Shown piece after piece: positions 10,629-22,677 of a DNA stretch of 64,000 nt; position 1 is the stretch's first letter, and the number at the start of each line of letters is the position of its first letter. The DNA comes from Naegleria gruberi (lineage: Eukaryota): the NCBI GenBank assembly GCA_000004985.1, contig GG738845.1; one strand, 5' to 3'. The position numbers and the translations under genes are program-made. Below the pieces are notes generated by a model, which had not been told where the DNA came from, searched no databases, and saw nothing but the letters and a program-made list of their open reading frames with translations.

Positions 10629-13073
10629 ATGAAAGGTTTTACATCTGAAGAACAACAGAATTATGCCCAACACCAAATGGACGTCTCCAACAAGGGACAC
10701 AAGGGATTGGGATTCTCCTCTGCAAAGAAATCATCCTCCACACAACAGCCAGCTGGTAAACATACTATTCTTGGTGGAAAGGTCTCTTCAACCACTTTCC
10801 GTATCTCACCAAGCAAGAAGCAAAAACAAGAAAAGTTGAAAAAGTTGTACCCAGCCATTTATGACTTTTTAGTTTATTGTGAATTGGATAATGTTGCTAA
10901 AGTTTTTGCTGAAACCACTGAAATGGTAAGTTGAACATTTTGTGAATCTTTGATCACTTAGTAATAATTTAAATAGGAAAATTTTGAAGAATTAAACATG
11001 CCAAAGGTTATGGAAGTTTATGAAGAACATTTTGCCAAGTATGGAATTGATCTTTATGGCGACTTTTTGAACTTGGGAGCTGCTTTAAAGCTTGCTAAAT
11101 CAACTAATACAATGACTGACGATGAATCATCAACAAAGAAGGCACCAACTTCTACTACATCTGCTTCCACAAGTCAATCCACAGAATCTTCTCCAAAGAA
11201 GAAATTTAGAAAGACCAAATCTGATTCATCATCTTCATCGTCATCATCAGATTCTGATTCCGATGCTGAAATGAAAGAAACACCAAAGGAAACACAAAAG
11301 TCCAAGAAGGAATCCAGCTCATCAGATTCTTCATCTGATGAAGAAATGAAAGATACCAAGCCTACTCAAACTAAGCCAGCTATCTCAAAGAAGGATTCTT
11401 CCTCATCTAGCTCTTCATCATCAAGTGAAGATGAGATGAAGCCAACACAAACCAAGCCAGCTGTGACAAAGAAGGATTCATCATCCGATTCAAGTTCTGA
11501 CAGCTCATCAGAAGATGAAAAGAAACCAGTTAGTAAGCCAGCTGTACAAGTCAAGCCTATTGTCACAAAGAAGGATTCATCAGATTCAAGCTCTGACTCT
11601 TCATCATCAGAAGATGAAAAGAAACCAACTCCAAAACCAGCTGTTGAAACTAAGCCTATTGTCACAAAGAAGGATTCTTCAAGCTCTGATAGTTCTGACT
11701 CTTCATCATCAGAAGACGAAAAGAAGAAGCCAGCTATCAAACCAACCGTCACAAAGAAGGATTCATCATCTGATTCAAGCTCTGATTCATCTGATGAAGA
11801 AATGAAGGATGCCAAGCCTACTCAAACTAAGCCAGCTATCTCAAAGAAGGATTCTTCAAGCTCAGACAGTTCCGACTCTTCAGAAGATGAAAAGAAACCA
11901 GTTAGTAAGCCAGCTGTTCAATCAAAGCCAGTAACTAAGAAGGATTCTTCATCTGATTCCAGCTCTGACTCTTCAGATGATGAAAAGAAACCAACTCCAA
12001 AACCAACTGAAACTAAACAAGTCATAACAAAGAAGGATTCATCTGATTCATCTGATTCCAGCTCTGACTCTTCAGAAGATGAAAAGAAACCAGTTAGTAA
12101 GCCTATTCAACCAAAGCCAGTAACTAAGAAGGATTCCTCATCTGATTCTGATTCATCATCCTCTTCAGAAGATGAAAAGAAACCAACTCCAAAACCAACT
12201 GAAACTAAACCAGTCATAACAAAGAAGGATTCCTCATCTGATTCTGATTCCAGCTCTGACTCTTCAGATGACGAAAAGAAGCCAGCTACCAAACCAATTA
12301 TCCAATCTAAACCAACCAAGAAAGATTCTTCATCCGATTCTGATTCATCATCCTCTTCAGAAGATGAAAAGAAACCAGTTAGTAAGCCAGCTGTTCAAAC
12401 CAAACCTATTGCTGCAAAGAAGGATTCATCAGATTCAAGCTCTGACTCTTCATCAGAAGATGAAAAGAAACCAACTCCAAAACCAACTGAAACTAAACCA
12501 GTCATAACAAAGAAGGATTCCTCATCTGATTCTGATTCCAGCTCTGACTCTTCAGATGACGAAAAGAAGCCAGTTAGTAAGCCAGCTGTTCAACCAAAGC
12601 CAGTAACTAAGAAGGATTCTTCATCTGATTCTGATTCATCATCCTCTTCAGAAGACGAAAAGAAACCAGCTGTTAAGGCAGTAGAAAAGAAACAAGCTAG
12701 CTCTTCATCAGATTCTAGCTCATCTGATGAAGAAATGAAAGAATCTTCTGATGCTTTGAAGAGAAAGAGAGAAGATACTGAGGAACAAGTTGAAGAACAA
12801 ACTGATGCCAAGAAGAACAAGTTTGAAAATGAAAACAATAGAGGTGTCCCATATCAAAGAGTAAAGAGAGACGAAGTCAAATTCCAAGATGAAAGATTAT
12901 CAGTAAGATCATACAGTTTTGGTTCTCATGGCGAAAGAGCTGTCAGAGATTTGGGCCCAACTAAAGGAAAGGACTTTAGAGCAGCTAAAACAAAGAAAAA
13001 GAAGAGTACGTATAGAGGAGGTGCTTTGGATGTCAATGTTGTTAGAAGCATCAAGTTTAATAATAACAAGTAA
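10629..13073 (+). CDS. NOLC1: Nopp140/SRP40-like nucleolar phosphoprotein with N-terminal LisH motif, about 10 alternating acidic-Ser/basic-Lys-Pro modules, and a C-terminal SRP40_C domain. Exons 10629..10925 and 10977..13073.
   Basis: Exon 1 ends KLYPAIYDFLVYCELDNVAKVFAETTEM with a GTAAGT donor; the 51-nt intron ends AAATAG. The body is SSSDSSSDEE/KKPTPKPTETKPV repeats. The C-terminus GVPYQRVKRDEV.F.DERL.....F.....G.RA..DL....GK.FR..KTKKK...YRGG is the conserved Nopp140 tail. Confidence 0.7.
11880..12660 (+). repeat. In-frame tandem coding repeats inside the Nopp140 gene, about 288-nt units. Two 118-nt stretches at 12168..12285 and 12456..12573 are identical.
   Basis: The string gaagatgaaaagaaaccaactccaaaaccaactgaaactaaaccagtcataacaaagaaggattcctcatctgattctgattccagctctgactcttcagatgacgaaaagaagccag occurs twice exactly, and related units lie upstream from about 11990. 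Confidence 0.7.
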
Positions 13074-14700
13074 ATAATTTTGATAATTTTTACTGTGTTT
13101 TAGTTCTTATCAACAAATTAATATCATTATTTAAGGACGTTAAAAATAATTTCAAATTACTCTTTCCACCCTGAATAGAGTTATTATTTGTTAGCAAAAT
13201 ACTAATGTGGTATTTAAGGATCCAAATCCCACGCGACTCCTTTGCAGTGACCAAGAAAAACAAATAAATTTTTGAGGTCATCATTTTTCATGTTTTCACA
13301 ATAAATATTAATATACATTTATTGTAAGCTTAAATCATTTTCTTTGACACATCATTGAATGCATCTGACTTTTTGTTATTGTTAAAGCTTTTTCTTGCAG
13401 TTAGAAAAGCAATTTCAAAAACATCCATAACATTTTCAATATATAATTTGCTGTTCTCATCATTAACATTTGCCACTTCTAATTCATGATAACTCTTGCT
13501 TCTTAATTATAGTGGTTTTTTGAACAATGCCTAATGATGTTGGATACTAAATATGAAAAAAACAAGATGATAATGTTGTGAACATTTTAATAACTCTTCA
13601 GAGGTTGTTTTATGCTGTAACGAAATGATCATAATGATTTATGAATCATGTGCTTAGAACCTATAACAAAAATATCTAAATCAACAGTTCTATACTTTGA
13701 CATGTAGGTGAAATCATTTTCATGCCCTTTTGGATGTCTAGTAGGGTTGTTAAATAATTTTGCTATTGAGGGTGGTGATTGAAGAGCCCTAGTAATTGTA
13801 ATAGCTTTCATCATCAAATGGATCAATTTTTGAAAAAGATGTTACTCATCCTCTTAAAACAAAAACATTAAATCAAAGTTGTCCATATGGACAAGGGTAA
13901 CAATATTAGTACTATTCATCATTGTGTTTGTCTTATGTTGTTCTAATTTGAATAACCAATCGAAATGCTTATATGTAGTTGTAGTCATTTTTTATCAAAT
14001 ATGAAAATGTAAATTTTACTAAAACCTACCCAATATCACATTGTGTTAATAGGTAATTTGTAAAAAAGTTGGAACAATGATGTCTAATGAATATTGCATG
14101 TAGAAATATTTGTTTGTTGTTTTTATGGTCTTGGTTGTCTTGTTATTACTTTCACCCTCTTTCTGAAATATATTACGCGTGTAACTATGAGATATACATC
14201 ATTACAAAAACACAATACATAATCCCATTGTGCTTGTTGTATGTTTGAATCATCGAACAATTTAGAGAAAAGGAAATTGAAATTTTCTAATATACTAACA
14301 GAAAAATAATCGCATCTCTCTAAGTTACACGTGTAGATTAATTGGTAGGAATAATAATAATTCAAAAAACTTAAAAAACCATTAAAAACAAATCTGCTTT
14401 GGATAATTGGTTATCCAAATGAAAATATCATTTTACCACATTATCTGTCTCCAAATTGGATATGATTAAATGAAATCCAATAAAATAATATTAACTTATT
14501 ATATCTGAAATTTCTATTGAAATCTTATTCTGTGTTAGAGTGGGAATTCTTTAGCCGCTTGTGGTAATTGAGTATAATGAGTAATTTTATTCCTTTCATT
14601 TACTCTTTCTTGGTAGTACCGTTTGGTGGTTTAGTGTTTCTCAATCTTAATTCGAGTTTGAATATAATTTTTGTATATTTTCACAATTTATTTTGTTGTT

Positions 14701-14716
14701 ATATATATATATATAT
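14701..14716. repeat. (AT)8 microsatellite in the gene-poor AT-rich island. A second TA-rich tract lies at about 15146..15170.
   Basis: Read directly: atatatatatatatat. Confidence 0.8.
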
Positions 14717-15039
14717 GTGAACAAAAATTATATTTATCTATGTTAGAAAAATCATTTCCCTATTATTCTTCATCATACTCCTCATCATGCAGTTAAAATT
14801 TAATTTGATTGCAATAATCTAAATGATTAAAAGTACTTTCTTTTTATTAGAAATCAAGTTACCAGCATTAATTGTCTTAAAAATCAATGTTGTTCAACAA
14901 CTTCTATCATATTTATTGGAATCTTGATGATCCAATTTTATTCCATACCATGTTTACCATTTAATATCGAGTAGTAAAAATATGTAAATTAAAAAATGGA
15001 AAAAATGTTTTTTTGAAAAAAATTTCGATAAAAACTAGA

Positions 15040-15067
15040 AATTTATTAGTATTTCAATGAAAAATAC
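15040..15067 (+). repeat. Copy 1 of an exact 28-nt dispersed repeat, aatttattagtatttcaatgaaaaatac.
   Basis: Identical 28-mer at 15040..15067 and 16306..16333. Both copies sit 3-12 nt downstream of an aaactaga motif. Confidence 0.7.
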
Positions 15068-16305
15068 GAATTTTCATACATGCGTTGGTGGGATATGTTT
15101 GTCATATTAGATATTTAATAAAAATAAAATAAAAATTTTCGCATGCATATATATATATTTATGTATATATACATCCGAAAAAATTTTTGTTGAAAGTTGG
15201 TTTATAAGATGGTGGTTAAATTGGTTTATCTGAAAAATCATTTAATGTGATGTTAGATATAAAGATAATGAAATTAATTGAAAATTAAGAAGCAAAAATA
15301 AATTTTCAAAAATTTTATCGATTTGAAATTTAGAAAAGCTTAACAAAGTAATATAAAATACAAAGACCATTAATTTTTAAAAATCTTCTAAAGTTGGTAT
15401 TATCATTATGAAGATTATTGATTGGAAGTAATAATCTTTATGGTAAATTCAAAGAAAATGAATTCAAAGAAAAAACAAACTTTGTAAAAATATTACAAAA
15501 ACACTGTTATTAGAAGTATTAAAAGTAGAGTTGTGATAGTTGTTTATTAAAACAAAGAAAAACTCTTACACCAAGAAATAGACAACTAGATTCATGGAGG
15601 TTGATGGAGTGATAAGTTTAAAAATATATTTAAACAAAATCCCAATAAAATTCGATATGTTTTGCCTGAGATGGGTGGGGTGGTAATGGTATTTCTGAAA
15701 ACTCTATTATTAACTAATTCTTATTTATTTAAAGCACAACTCATTTGATTAAAAAGGTCAACAAATGATCCTATCTTGTTCCTGCTGGTGTTTGAATTGA
15801 TTTTGTTGTGAGTAAATTGATTTTTTTTTACTACATTTCAGAATTACAGATATAGCTTTTCTTTACAATAATCCATCTTAAACCACTTTTTGGATGTTGG
15901 TGACTAAAAAATCAGCAAAAAGCGAAGTTTGGGATAGATATTAATATAGCATCATACTTATAATTATATTCTTGCTCTTCTGAAAATAAAAACTTACATT
16001 TCAAACCTCATCCACAGAAAATAAAATAATTTATCGTTCGTAATATTTGGGAGTGGTATATAAAGGTGTTTGTATTAATAATGAGCTTTTCGGCAATTAA
16101 GAACTCTGTGTAACACTTGATGATTTGGGTTTAGATTGAGTGTTGTTGAGGGGGAGTGTGTTTTAAATAGGCAAATAGGAATTTTGAGTTTTTGGGAGGG
16201 ATAGTTGTTTCAGTAGTTTGGATCAAGTTTACTAAAATAAAAAACAAAAAACTCGCAGAAACTAGAGTAATTTTAACATATCTTGTATTTCCTTTAGAAT
16301 CAAGT

Positions 16306-16333
16306 AATTTATTAGTATTTCAATGAAAAATAC
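16306..16333 (+). repeat. Copy 2 of the exact 28-nt dispersed repeat, about 280 nt upstream of the Zn2Cys6 gene ATG.
   Basis: Same 28-mer as at 15040..15067. Confidence 0.7.
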
Positions 16334-16609
16334 AATTAAGCAAACGTAGGTATTGTGAGTTTCTAGAAACCGTTAATTTATTGGTTGGAATAAATCTTGG
16401 GAGAACAATTATTTCCATTGAAGTTTCAGTGTTTTCTTTAAAATATTGAATTTTTAATAGGTTTATTGAAGAAGATATTTTACAGGTTCGTGATTTTCAA
16501 ATTTCTGAGAAAACTAAAATGAGATAGAATATTTATTGGCACAGTAAGTGAAAGAAGTGTAGTATGTTTTAAAAAAAGAAACGAATTATTTAAAATCTGA
16601 AACAAAAAA

Positions 16610-18103
16610 ATGTACAATCCGCCAGAGGATACTAGTTCGGAACAACAATTTCATCCTATCTCATGTAAAAATTGCAAACGTTTGCACAAAACTTGCAACA
16701 AAAGGTATCCAACTTGTAGCGGGTGTGAATGGAGAAACATTAGATGCGAATATGAGAAACCAAAGAGAGTAACGAACAAGAAGAAAACAAAGTCAGAAGT
16801 AACCTCCATTCAATGGATTGCAAATACGGAACAAAAAACTAGTGATAATATGGATCCATTATCGGATTGGATTGAAATTAGAAAATATATTGATCAGTAT
16901 TTTACAATATTGCATGAAATTAAATTTATTGAAAAAGAAGAGTTAGAACTTTATATGTTGAGGAGTGATAACTCAGCACAACTGCCCAACTTTAAACAGA
17001 TACGTGCTTTATTCTATTGTATAGTGGCACATTTGACACAAATATTAGCTCTTGAATGTGCTGATGATTCACTGAACAGAGCTGTTGAAGCTGTACGTGA
17101 GTTTTTCAACGAATACTCTAATTTTTATGTGGCTTGTTCTTATGGATTATTGGCATTGGTTGAAGTTGGGTATGGAAGGGTGAAGAATGCCAGATTCTAT
17201 TTGAAATTTGTTGATTTTTATATGGATGAACTTGCAAAGGAAGATAGGAATAATTATTATGTTGTTAATTTACAAAAATTACAAATAGTTGTATGTGTGG
17301 ATGCGAAATTTGATTCTTCTGTGAGCTGTGTTGTTAGAGATTGGTTTTATATTTTAGGAAAATATATTGGTATCGAGCTCCCAAAAGAATGGAAAGATTT
17401 TATTGTTCAAGAAATAGATGAAAATAATTACATACTATTTATTCAAATGCTGCAAGCACTCATTCAAATAGGAAAGTTAAATCTAAAAGATGAAAAAACA
17501 GTAAGATTTTATAACGAAACTGCAGACATGCTTTATCATGGAATACGCATAAGAATTCTTACTGAGATGAACAAGAGTCCAGAGTTGGTGGAAGAAAGTG
17601 CCTTGAAAATTGTTCATTTAACTGAGTCAGATATGTTTTCGGTATCTCCTGGATTTCTATCAAACTCTATTGCTGCATCTGCAAAAGTAATTCTTCACAT
17701 AGTTAGACTGATAGAAATGGGCCATAGAAAGAATTGTGATGAATTTTCGATACATGGACCAATTAATTATTTTCAAATTTTATCTAAAATTTACAGAGGC
17801 TTGCAAATTATGGGAAAACGATTCAGGAAAGTATTTCTTCTTCAGGGTTCAACAATCAAGGAAATTGAAATTATTTTAAATCAATATTCTCTTAATTCTC
17901 CTTTGACAAGAGTTGATATGAACAATATTTCGTCAGAAAATAGTGGACCATCAATTACAGAATTCTTCCAGATTATTTCAGCAAATAAGGACACTTCTGA
18001 ATATGAACGAATGCAATATGAGCGAAATGTATTCAATATTTTACAACATATACAATTGCCTAATAGCAAACCAACAAGTAATTACCCACCTATGGGTTTG
18101 TAA
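16610..18103 (+). CDS. Zn(II)2Cys6 binuclear-cluster transcription factor, single exon, 497 aa.
   Basis: N-terminal CKNCKRLHKTCNKRYPTCSGCEWRNIRCEY is the six-cysteine Gal4-type cluster followed by a basic linker. Long uninterrupted ORF. Confidence 0.7.
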   Translation: MYNPPEDTSSEQQFHPISCKNCKRLHKTCNKRYPTCSGCEWRNIRCEYEKPKRVTNKKKTKSEVTSIQWIANTEQKTSDNMDPLSDWIEIRKYIDQYFTILHEIKFIEKEELELYMLRSDNSAQLPNFKQIRALFYCIVAHLTQILALECADDSLNRAVEAVREFFNEYSNFYVACSYGLLALVEVGYGRVKNARFYLKFVDFYMDELAKEDRNNYYVVNLQKLQIVVCVDAKFDSSVSCVVRDWFYILGKYIGIELPKEWKDFIVQEIDENNYILFIQMLQALIQIGKLNLKDEKTVRFYNETADMLYHGIRIRILTEMNKSPELVEESALKIVHLTESDMFSVSPGFLSNSIAASAKVILHIVRLIEMGHRKNCDEFSIHGPINYFQILSKIYRGLQIMGKRFRKVFLLQGSTIKEIEIILNQYSLNSPLTRVDMNNISSENSGPSITEFFQIISANKDTSEYERMQYERNVFNILQHIQLPNSKPTSNYPPMGL

Positions 18104-18198
18104 ATAAATTATTAAATCATAAACTCCAATTAAATAAATAATAGAAATGAAGCTTACAACAACAGCAAACAATCAATTCTGATTTCTGTTAAAAAAAA

Positions 18199-19898
18199 AT
18201 GCAAACTACCAAACGTTCCGTTTCCGTGGTTACTTCCTCCTTGAAGCGCACTCTTGCCAGTGGTCAAAAGAGAAATTTCTCATCAGGTATCGTTAACAAT
18301 GGTGTTAACACTGAAAAATGGGCTGCACAATTGAATGCCTCTTTAAAGGATGTTGATCCTGAATTGTTTGATATCATTGAACACGAAAAGAATAGACAAT
18401 ACAAGGGTTTGCAATTGATTCCATCAGAGGTAAATATATTTTAATTATAATTTTGATCATAAAATTTCGGAACGATAATTAATTTGGAATATTATATTTA
18501 AACATTTGATGACGATTCATAAACAATTAATACCAACAACAATTTAAATAATACCAATACTTGTTTAATAATAATAACAGAACTTTACTTCCAAGGCCGT
18601 TTTGGATGCTTTGGGATCTGTCATGCAAAACAAGTACAGTGAAGGTTATCCAGGAAAGCGTTATTATGGTGGTAATGAATATATTGACATGTCTGAATCT
18701 CTCTGTCAAAAGAGAGCCCTTGAAGCATTCAATTTAGATCCAAAGGAATGGGGTGTTAACGTTCAAAGTTTGAGTGGTTCTCCAGCTAACTTTTATGTTT
18801 ACACTGCTTTACTTCAACCTCATGATAGAATTCTCTCATTGGATTTGCCACATGGAGGCCAGTAAGTTTTTTTCACACATACACTCAATTCAATCTTTCC
18901 TTAGTCTTTCACATGGTTACCAAACTCCAACAAAGAAAATTTCTGCAGTCAGTATCTATTTTGAAACATTAGGATACAGATTGAATGAAGAAACTGGTTT
19001 GATTGATTATGCCAAGATGGAAGAATTGGCTGATTATTATAGACCAAAGTTGGTTGTTGCTGGTGCTAGTGCTTATTCTCGTTTGATTGATTATGCTGCC
19101 TTCAGAAAGGTTTGCGATAAGCATAATGCTTACCTTGTTTCTGATATGGCTCACATCAGTGGTTTGGTTGCTGCTGGTGTTATTCCATCACCATTTGAAC
19201 ACTCACATGTTGTCACTACTACTACTCACAAGAGTTTGAGAGGACCAAGAGGCGCCATGATCTTCTACAGAAAGTCAATTGAAGGTCTCGAGGATAAGAT
19301 TAATGCTGCTGTTTTCCCAGGTCATCAAGGTGGTCCACACAATCATACCATCTCTGCTTTGGCTGTTGCCTTAAAGATGGCTACAACCCCAGAGTACAAG
19401 GAATATCAAGAACAAGTTTTGAAGAATTGTAAAGTTTTGACTGAAGAAATGAAAAAGTTGGGCTACAAGATTGTCAGTGATGGTACTGATAACCACTTGC
19501 TCCTTGTTGATTTGAGAAATAAGGGTGTAGATGGTGCTAGAGTTGAAGCTGTTCTTGAACGTTCGAGCATTGCTGTCAATAAGAATACCGTCCCAGGTGA
19601 TAAATCTGCTATGGTTCCAGGTGGTATCAGAATGGGTTCACCTGCTTTGACAACCAGAGGATTTTTGGAAACTGACTTTGCTCAAGTTGCCCAATTTGTT
19701 CATGAGGGTATTCAAATTGCTCAAAAGACTAAGGTTGAACTTGAAAAGCAAGGTCTCAAGAAGGTTAAGGACTTTAAGGATCATTTGGATCAAAACCCAG
19801 ACGCTGTTGGTATTACTCAATTGAGAAATAAGATTGAATCATTCAGCAAGTCATTCCCATCCATTGGTTTTGACAAGGAATTCATGAAATACAAATAA
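18199..19898 (+). CDS. SHMT: Serine hydroxymethyltransferase, probably mitochondrial. Exons 18199..18429, 18581..18861 and 18905..19898.
   Basis: R/S-rich presequence [17 protein letters not shown]. Exon 2 reads [33 protein letters not shown]...SGSPANF...LDLPHGG. Exon 3 starts (H)[14 protein letters not shown] and includes [11 protein letters not shown] (PLP-lysine region). Introns are 151 and 43 nt with phases checked. Confidence 0.85.
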
Positions 19899-20081
19899 AT
19901 CAAATAGCTTTAAACTCATAATTACTAGATATAGAATATGATATATTTAAAAGATCAAAAGTATACTTTCCATCTTTGGAGATTGAAATTAACATTCGTT
20001 CCATTTTTGTAACATGAACCAGAAAAGTTACAATAAATAGTGAATCACATCAGAAGAGTATTTAATATTCTTTTAGAAAAA

Positions 20082-21246
20082 ATGAAATCCCTCTGTTTGA
20101 ACGTTACGTTTTGTTTTCATACCTTCTTTGAGATTCTTCAATCACTATGTCACCTGTTATTATTCAGTACTGCAATCATGTTTAGAGAGCATGCAGAGAG
20201 AATGAATTCCCATCTCCTATTGAATCGATCAGTGATGTACTTGGTTATTGGAGTTTCCTTGATGTTATTAATTCTACTTAAGGTTTTTGTTTGGGTTTCT
20301 TCAATTTTGACCTTTAGAAAATTGTCATACAGAGTTGAAACTGACTACCATCCACTCTCCTCTGATGAATGTTCATCAGTCAAGTTGGTAGAAAGAGTCA
20401 ATTCAAGATCATGGATTCAAAACATCAGATTATTGTACTATATTAGAAAATCCATTCATTCTAACATTTTTGTGTTTGCCTTATCAACAATTTCATTTGC
20501 CTCTATGGTTTCTTGGTATGTTGTTTTTTCGTTTATTCTAATGTTCAATATTGTACGAATCAACTTGTTGTTACTTTTCCATTAGTGTAACGTTGAGTAT
20601 TCTCTTCATTCTATACTATTACACTATTGAATATGTCTTGATCACTTGTATTACTTCACTTGTTGTAACTATTTTAAGCATACCAATCAATACTTTCCTC
20701 TTCCTTCATTCCTTCATCAATGAATCTCTCAACAAGTTGGGTCACACAGCTGGAGAGTCATCAAACCCTCAACATGATGAAGAAAACAAATTCACTCACA
20801 ACACAACCATTCAAACACCTCGTTCCACCATGTCTCAAGATGAAAAGGGAAATGAAACGTCCTATGAATCTTCCATACTTTCTGGAGGTGATGGTTATTC
20901 AATTATTAATAGTGAAACATCTCATCTTATTACAAGTGGTGGTGGTGGAGCAATATTTGAGAGAGATCACAATTCTTTGGAGGATAAAGATGAGAATGAG
21001 GCAAGGCCCTTCTTTACTACCTCAACAAGTTCCTCTCCAATGCAAATCAAATTAGATCATCACCATCAACAACAATTTGATAATCCATTGCAAGGAACCT
21101 CCAATTTCACTAATTTGGTTCAGGATGATCCACCCCAAGAAATTCAAAAACCACAACAAGTCAAACCAAAAAACAATAATGCAAATAATAAGAAACTAAA
21201 GAAGAAGAAGAAACAAAATCTAGCCCAAATTGAAACTCTTAATTAG
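20082..21246 (+). CDS. Polytopic membrane protein of unknown function with a hydrophilic basic C-terminal tail. Exons 20082..20515 and 20586..21246.
   Basis: Two ORFs in different frames (20040..20585 and 20551..21246). A GTATGT donor at 20516 and a CATTAG acceptor at 20584-85 (70-nt intron) join them in frame. First in-frame ATG at 20082 (aaaaaATG). Multiple hydrophobic segments. Confidence 0.4.
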
Positions 21247-21419
21247 ATGATGGTCCATGCATGATATGAAGTGAAAATAAAACATAAATTCAATCAGTTA
21301 AACTGCCCTACTAGTCTCTAAAAGTGAAGGGAAGAAACAAAAGATCTTACCTAAATCACAAATCAAAAAAAATCTTTTATTTCATGTGGATATAATAATA
21401 TTTAACCATCAAATCATGC

Positions 21420-22628
21420 ATGATAGTAACAACAATGGATAGTTTAGAAGCAACAACCACAGCACCTGTAGAAGAAGAAACAACTGCTGGCACATGCTCT
21501 TCTTCGGTTGTTTGTAACGAAATATCATCATGGAATAATACAACAACAACAACAACGAAATATAATAATGAGGAGGAAATAATTATTGTTGAAACTAACG
21601 ATGATATTGATGATGCAAGTCCAATACAATCGGAAATTACTCAACATCCCATGTTCTACTTTGATGATTCACAAACAGATGCAGGAGATGATATTCATTA
21701 TACAACTTCATTACTAGCTAGTAATACCAATAATAACAGCAACGTTCATTCTCCATATGGAGTTAGACTTGTTGCAAGGAAAATTGGTAACATTCTTCAA
21801 ACCTCAGTTAGTAGGACTATCAGTGGAGGAAAATCTCTGTTGGGAGCTGTTAGAAAACCATTAATGACAGGTAATGATGAACATTTTGAGGTTATTATTA
21901 CTGATCCCAATAATGTTAATAGTGAAATTATGCAATTTAATACAATGCAGAGAAAGGTATTTAATCTTTCTGCAGTTTATTCTAAAGTAATTGGATGGAG
22001 AAAGAAAGCTACCAGACAAATAAGGAGACGTATCAATAATTATGATGATAATTATTTACATCCTCCCACTCAATTGAGTGATAATCATCTCACTAGACCT
22101 TTTAGAAAAAGAAAACGGAAAGTTCCAACATGTTCCACTTGTATTATTCCACAAGAAATTTGGGCCTACAATGTTCTTCCCTACATGAGTTGGACTGACA
22201 AGTTGATAATGAGAATTGTCTCCAAAATGTTTCTCATAATGGTTCAAGAACAGGATGAAACATGGAGTGAATTATTTGAAGCAAAGAGTTTAAAGTACTT
22301 TGGTGAACCAACTGATTTGTGGAAAAATACACATAATTACTTTTACTATGATTTGGATGAGGCAATAGTAAAACAATATTTTGAGGAAGTTCTTTTTGAA
22401 CGATATAGGAAAATATACAGACATTTTTTCAACACACTTAAATTATCCTACCAACAAGATTCCCAAGCAATTATTTCATCCAGTCATACAAATATTGAAA
22501 GACAAGAGAGTTTTATTTCGTACTTATCATCTAGTAGATCAATTTCTGAAAGAAAGAAACAAGTCAACCAAAGAAAAAATCTATCCCAACAAGAGTTACT
22601 CAAAAGCGTTGAACACAGAAGTAAATAA
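21420..22628 (+). CDS. F-box-like protein, hypothetical. May continue by splicing into the downstream transmembrane ORF (22703..23412).
   Basis: F-box-like motif IPQEIWAYNVLPYMSWTDKLIMRIVSKMF. ORF stop at 22626-28, but a GTAAAT donor at 22621 plus a TTAACAG acceptor at 22701-02 (82 nt) would fuse it in frame to ORF 22381..23412. Confidence 0.4.
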   Translation: MIVTTMDSLEATTTAPVEEETTAGTCSSSVVCNEISSWNNTTTTTTKYNNEEEIIIVETNDDIDDASPIQSEITQHPMFYFDDSQTDAGDDIHYTTSLLASNTNNNSNVHSPYGVRLVARKIGNILQTSVSRTISGGKSLLGAVRKPLMTGNDEHFEVIITDPNNVNSEIMQFNTMQRKVFNLSAVYSKVIGWRKKATRQIRRRINNYDDNYLHPPTQLSDNHLTRPFRKRKRKVPTCSTCIIPQEIWAYNVLPYMSWTDKLIMRIVSKMFLIMVQEQDETWSELFEAKSLKYFGEPTDLWKNTHNYFYYDLDEAIVKQYFEEVLFERYRKIYRHFFNTLKLSYQQDSQAIISSSHTNIERQESFISYLSSSRSISERKKQVNQRKNLSQQELLKSVEHRSK

Positions 22629-22677
22629 TAACAAGTATTCACTTGAAAATGATGGAAGACCAAGATCTCCCAATGAG

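Noticed and set aside
11174-12838. Several 60-150-aa ORFs antisense to, or in alternative frames of, the Nopp140 gene (minus 11174..11359, 11366..11815, 12107..12319, 12590..12838; plus 11515..11805, 12268..12507).
   Set aside because: They are by-products of the periodic Ser/Asp/Glu/Lys codon repeats (GA- and TC-rich triplet periodicity keeps all frames open). They have no independent start or context and lie wholly inside a well-supported gene.
16057-16066. TATATAAAGG TATA-box-like motif upstream of the Zn2Cys6 gene.
   Set aside because: It lies about 545 nt upstream of the ATG in DNA that is over 75 percent AT, where TATA-like strings are frequent. I cannot tie it to a transcription start without expression data.
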